Of a stretch of DNA of 64,000 bases, positions 63,354 through 64,000 are shown piece after piece. Origin of the DNA: Nemertoderma westbladi (taxonomy: Eukaryota > Animalia > Xenacoelomorpha); assembly GCA_032718475.1 (NCBI GenBank), contig JAUCBJ010006959.1, positions 1 to 64,000 of the forward strand. Direction: 5' to 3'. How positions within the stretch are numbered: the stretch's first letter is position 1; each line of letters starts with the position of its first letter. A model generated the notes under the pieces. It had not been told where the DNA came from and did no database searches. It worked only from the letters and a program-made list of their open reading frames with translations. Position numbers and translations under genes: made by a program.

Positions 63354-63518
63354 TTTCCAAATTTTAAAGTAAATTGAAAATAATTACCACAATACACAAC
63401 AACAACAACAAACAAAACTGTTATATTGTATATACAAATACTACTACAATTTTCGATTATTTAAAAACAATAAAATTTTATATATAATCATAAAATATTT
63501 ATAATATAGAGGGAAAAG

Positions 63519-63965
63519 TCAAGAATCAATGATATTATCAACATATTCAACATTATCCGCTGATTCTTCAGGTTCGATAAAGGATTCTTTTGAAATCATT
63601 ACAATAAAGAAAGACATAATTTCGTAGGGGCTATGTCGATTTAGCCGTATTTCAAACTTTTCACCAGCTTCGTTGTATTGTGTAATAAAAATAAATCCTT
63701 CTATCATGGCTAATAGTAAAATGTTGCTTAATTTTCCTCCCCCATGCCCAGCTTTCAGGTTGTAATCTAAAAGATGAATACTATTATCTGAAGCATCAAT
63801 ATCGATTGAGCTTAAAACTTTCCTGGCTTTTTCAGAAAACTCAATTTTATATTTATCATCTCCCTGACGGTAAATTGTATAATCAATAACAATATAGGCA
63901 TGACCATCTTCTGCAAAAAATGAATGCCTTACTATTGGCATAACCATATCGGAATCAGAAGACAT
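63519..63965 (-). CDS. Hypothetical Polinton protein
   Basis: 148-aa intact ORF, same strand and AATAATG start context as neighbours; no recognised motif. Confidence 0.6.
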   Translation of the reverse strand: MSSDSDMVMPIVRHSFFAEDGHAYIVIDYTIYRQGDDKYKIEFSEKARKVLSSIDIDASDNSIHLLDYNLKAGHGGGKLSNILLLAMIEGFIFITQYNEAGEKFEIRLNRHSPYEIMSFFIVMISKESFIEPEESADNVEYVDNIIDS

Positions 63966-64000
63966 TATTTAATTTATTTTATTGTAAATCAAACAAACAA

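Larger units (their letters stand above)
46950..64000. mobile_element. Polinton/Maverick (adintovirus-like) endogenous virus, left end plus at least 17 kb; right TIR is outside the window; apparently defective copy
   Basis: Candidate terminus AGTAGTATAAT at 46950; pPolB, integrase, ATPase, protease, major and minor capsid genes in compact AT-rich intronless ORFs. Confidence 0.95.

Noticed and set aside
56253-63965. Poxvirus-like TAAATG late-promoter motif at gene starts
   Set aside because: Only some starts show TAATG/TAAATG, which is expected in such AT-rich sequence

Overview
Repeat-rich eukaryotic (most likely invertebrate animal) genomic DNA. (1) 1-1969: 3' end of a BEL/Pao LTR retrotransposon, with integrase, PPT and a candidate 3' LTR. 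(2) 5318-14017, minus strand: an ANKRD28/44/52-family (PP6 regulatory ankyrin subunit) gene with only three inferred coding exons. It carries a ~570-aa mucin-like (PTQSS)n insert, and minisatellites sit at its stop codon, in intron 2 and over a splice donor. (3) 14-20 kb and 39-47 kb: decayed LINE and other repeat debris. (4) 20.5-39.3 kb: a ~69-bp satellite with higher-order blocks and a retroposed insertion present as both filled and empty sites. (5) 43.3-46.2 kb: a 34-bp minisatellite. (6) 46950 to window end: a Polinton/Maverick (adintovirus-like) endogenous virus. It has an AGTAGT terminus, protein-primed PolB, rve integrase, packaging ATPase, adenain protease, a major capsid gene and two minor capsid paralogs. 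Its accessory genes include a TBP-fold protein, a PC4-like protein, a DEDD-like nuclease and a RING protein. This copy looks defective (PolB and ATPase frameshifts, capsid deletion). The most interesting signal is a possible self-contained transcription module in the Polinton: TBP-like and PC4-like genes, a repeated TATAAA/octamer motif upstream of PolB, a Pol III B-box unit and a repeated micro-exon leader. All protein assignments come from recognising motifs by eye; no database searches were run.
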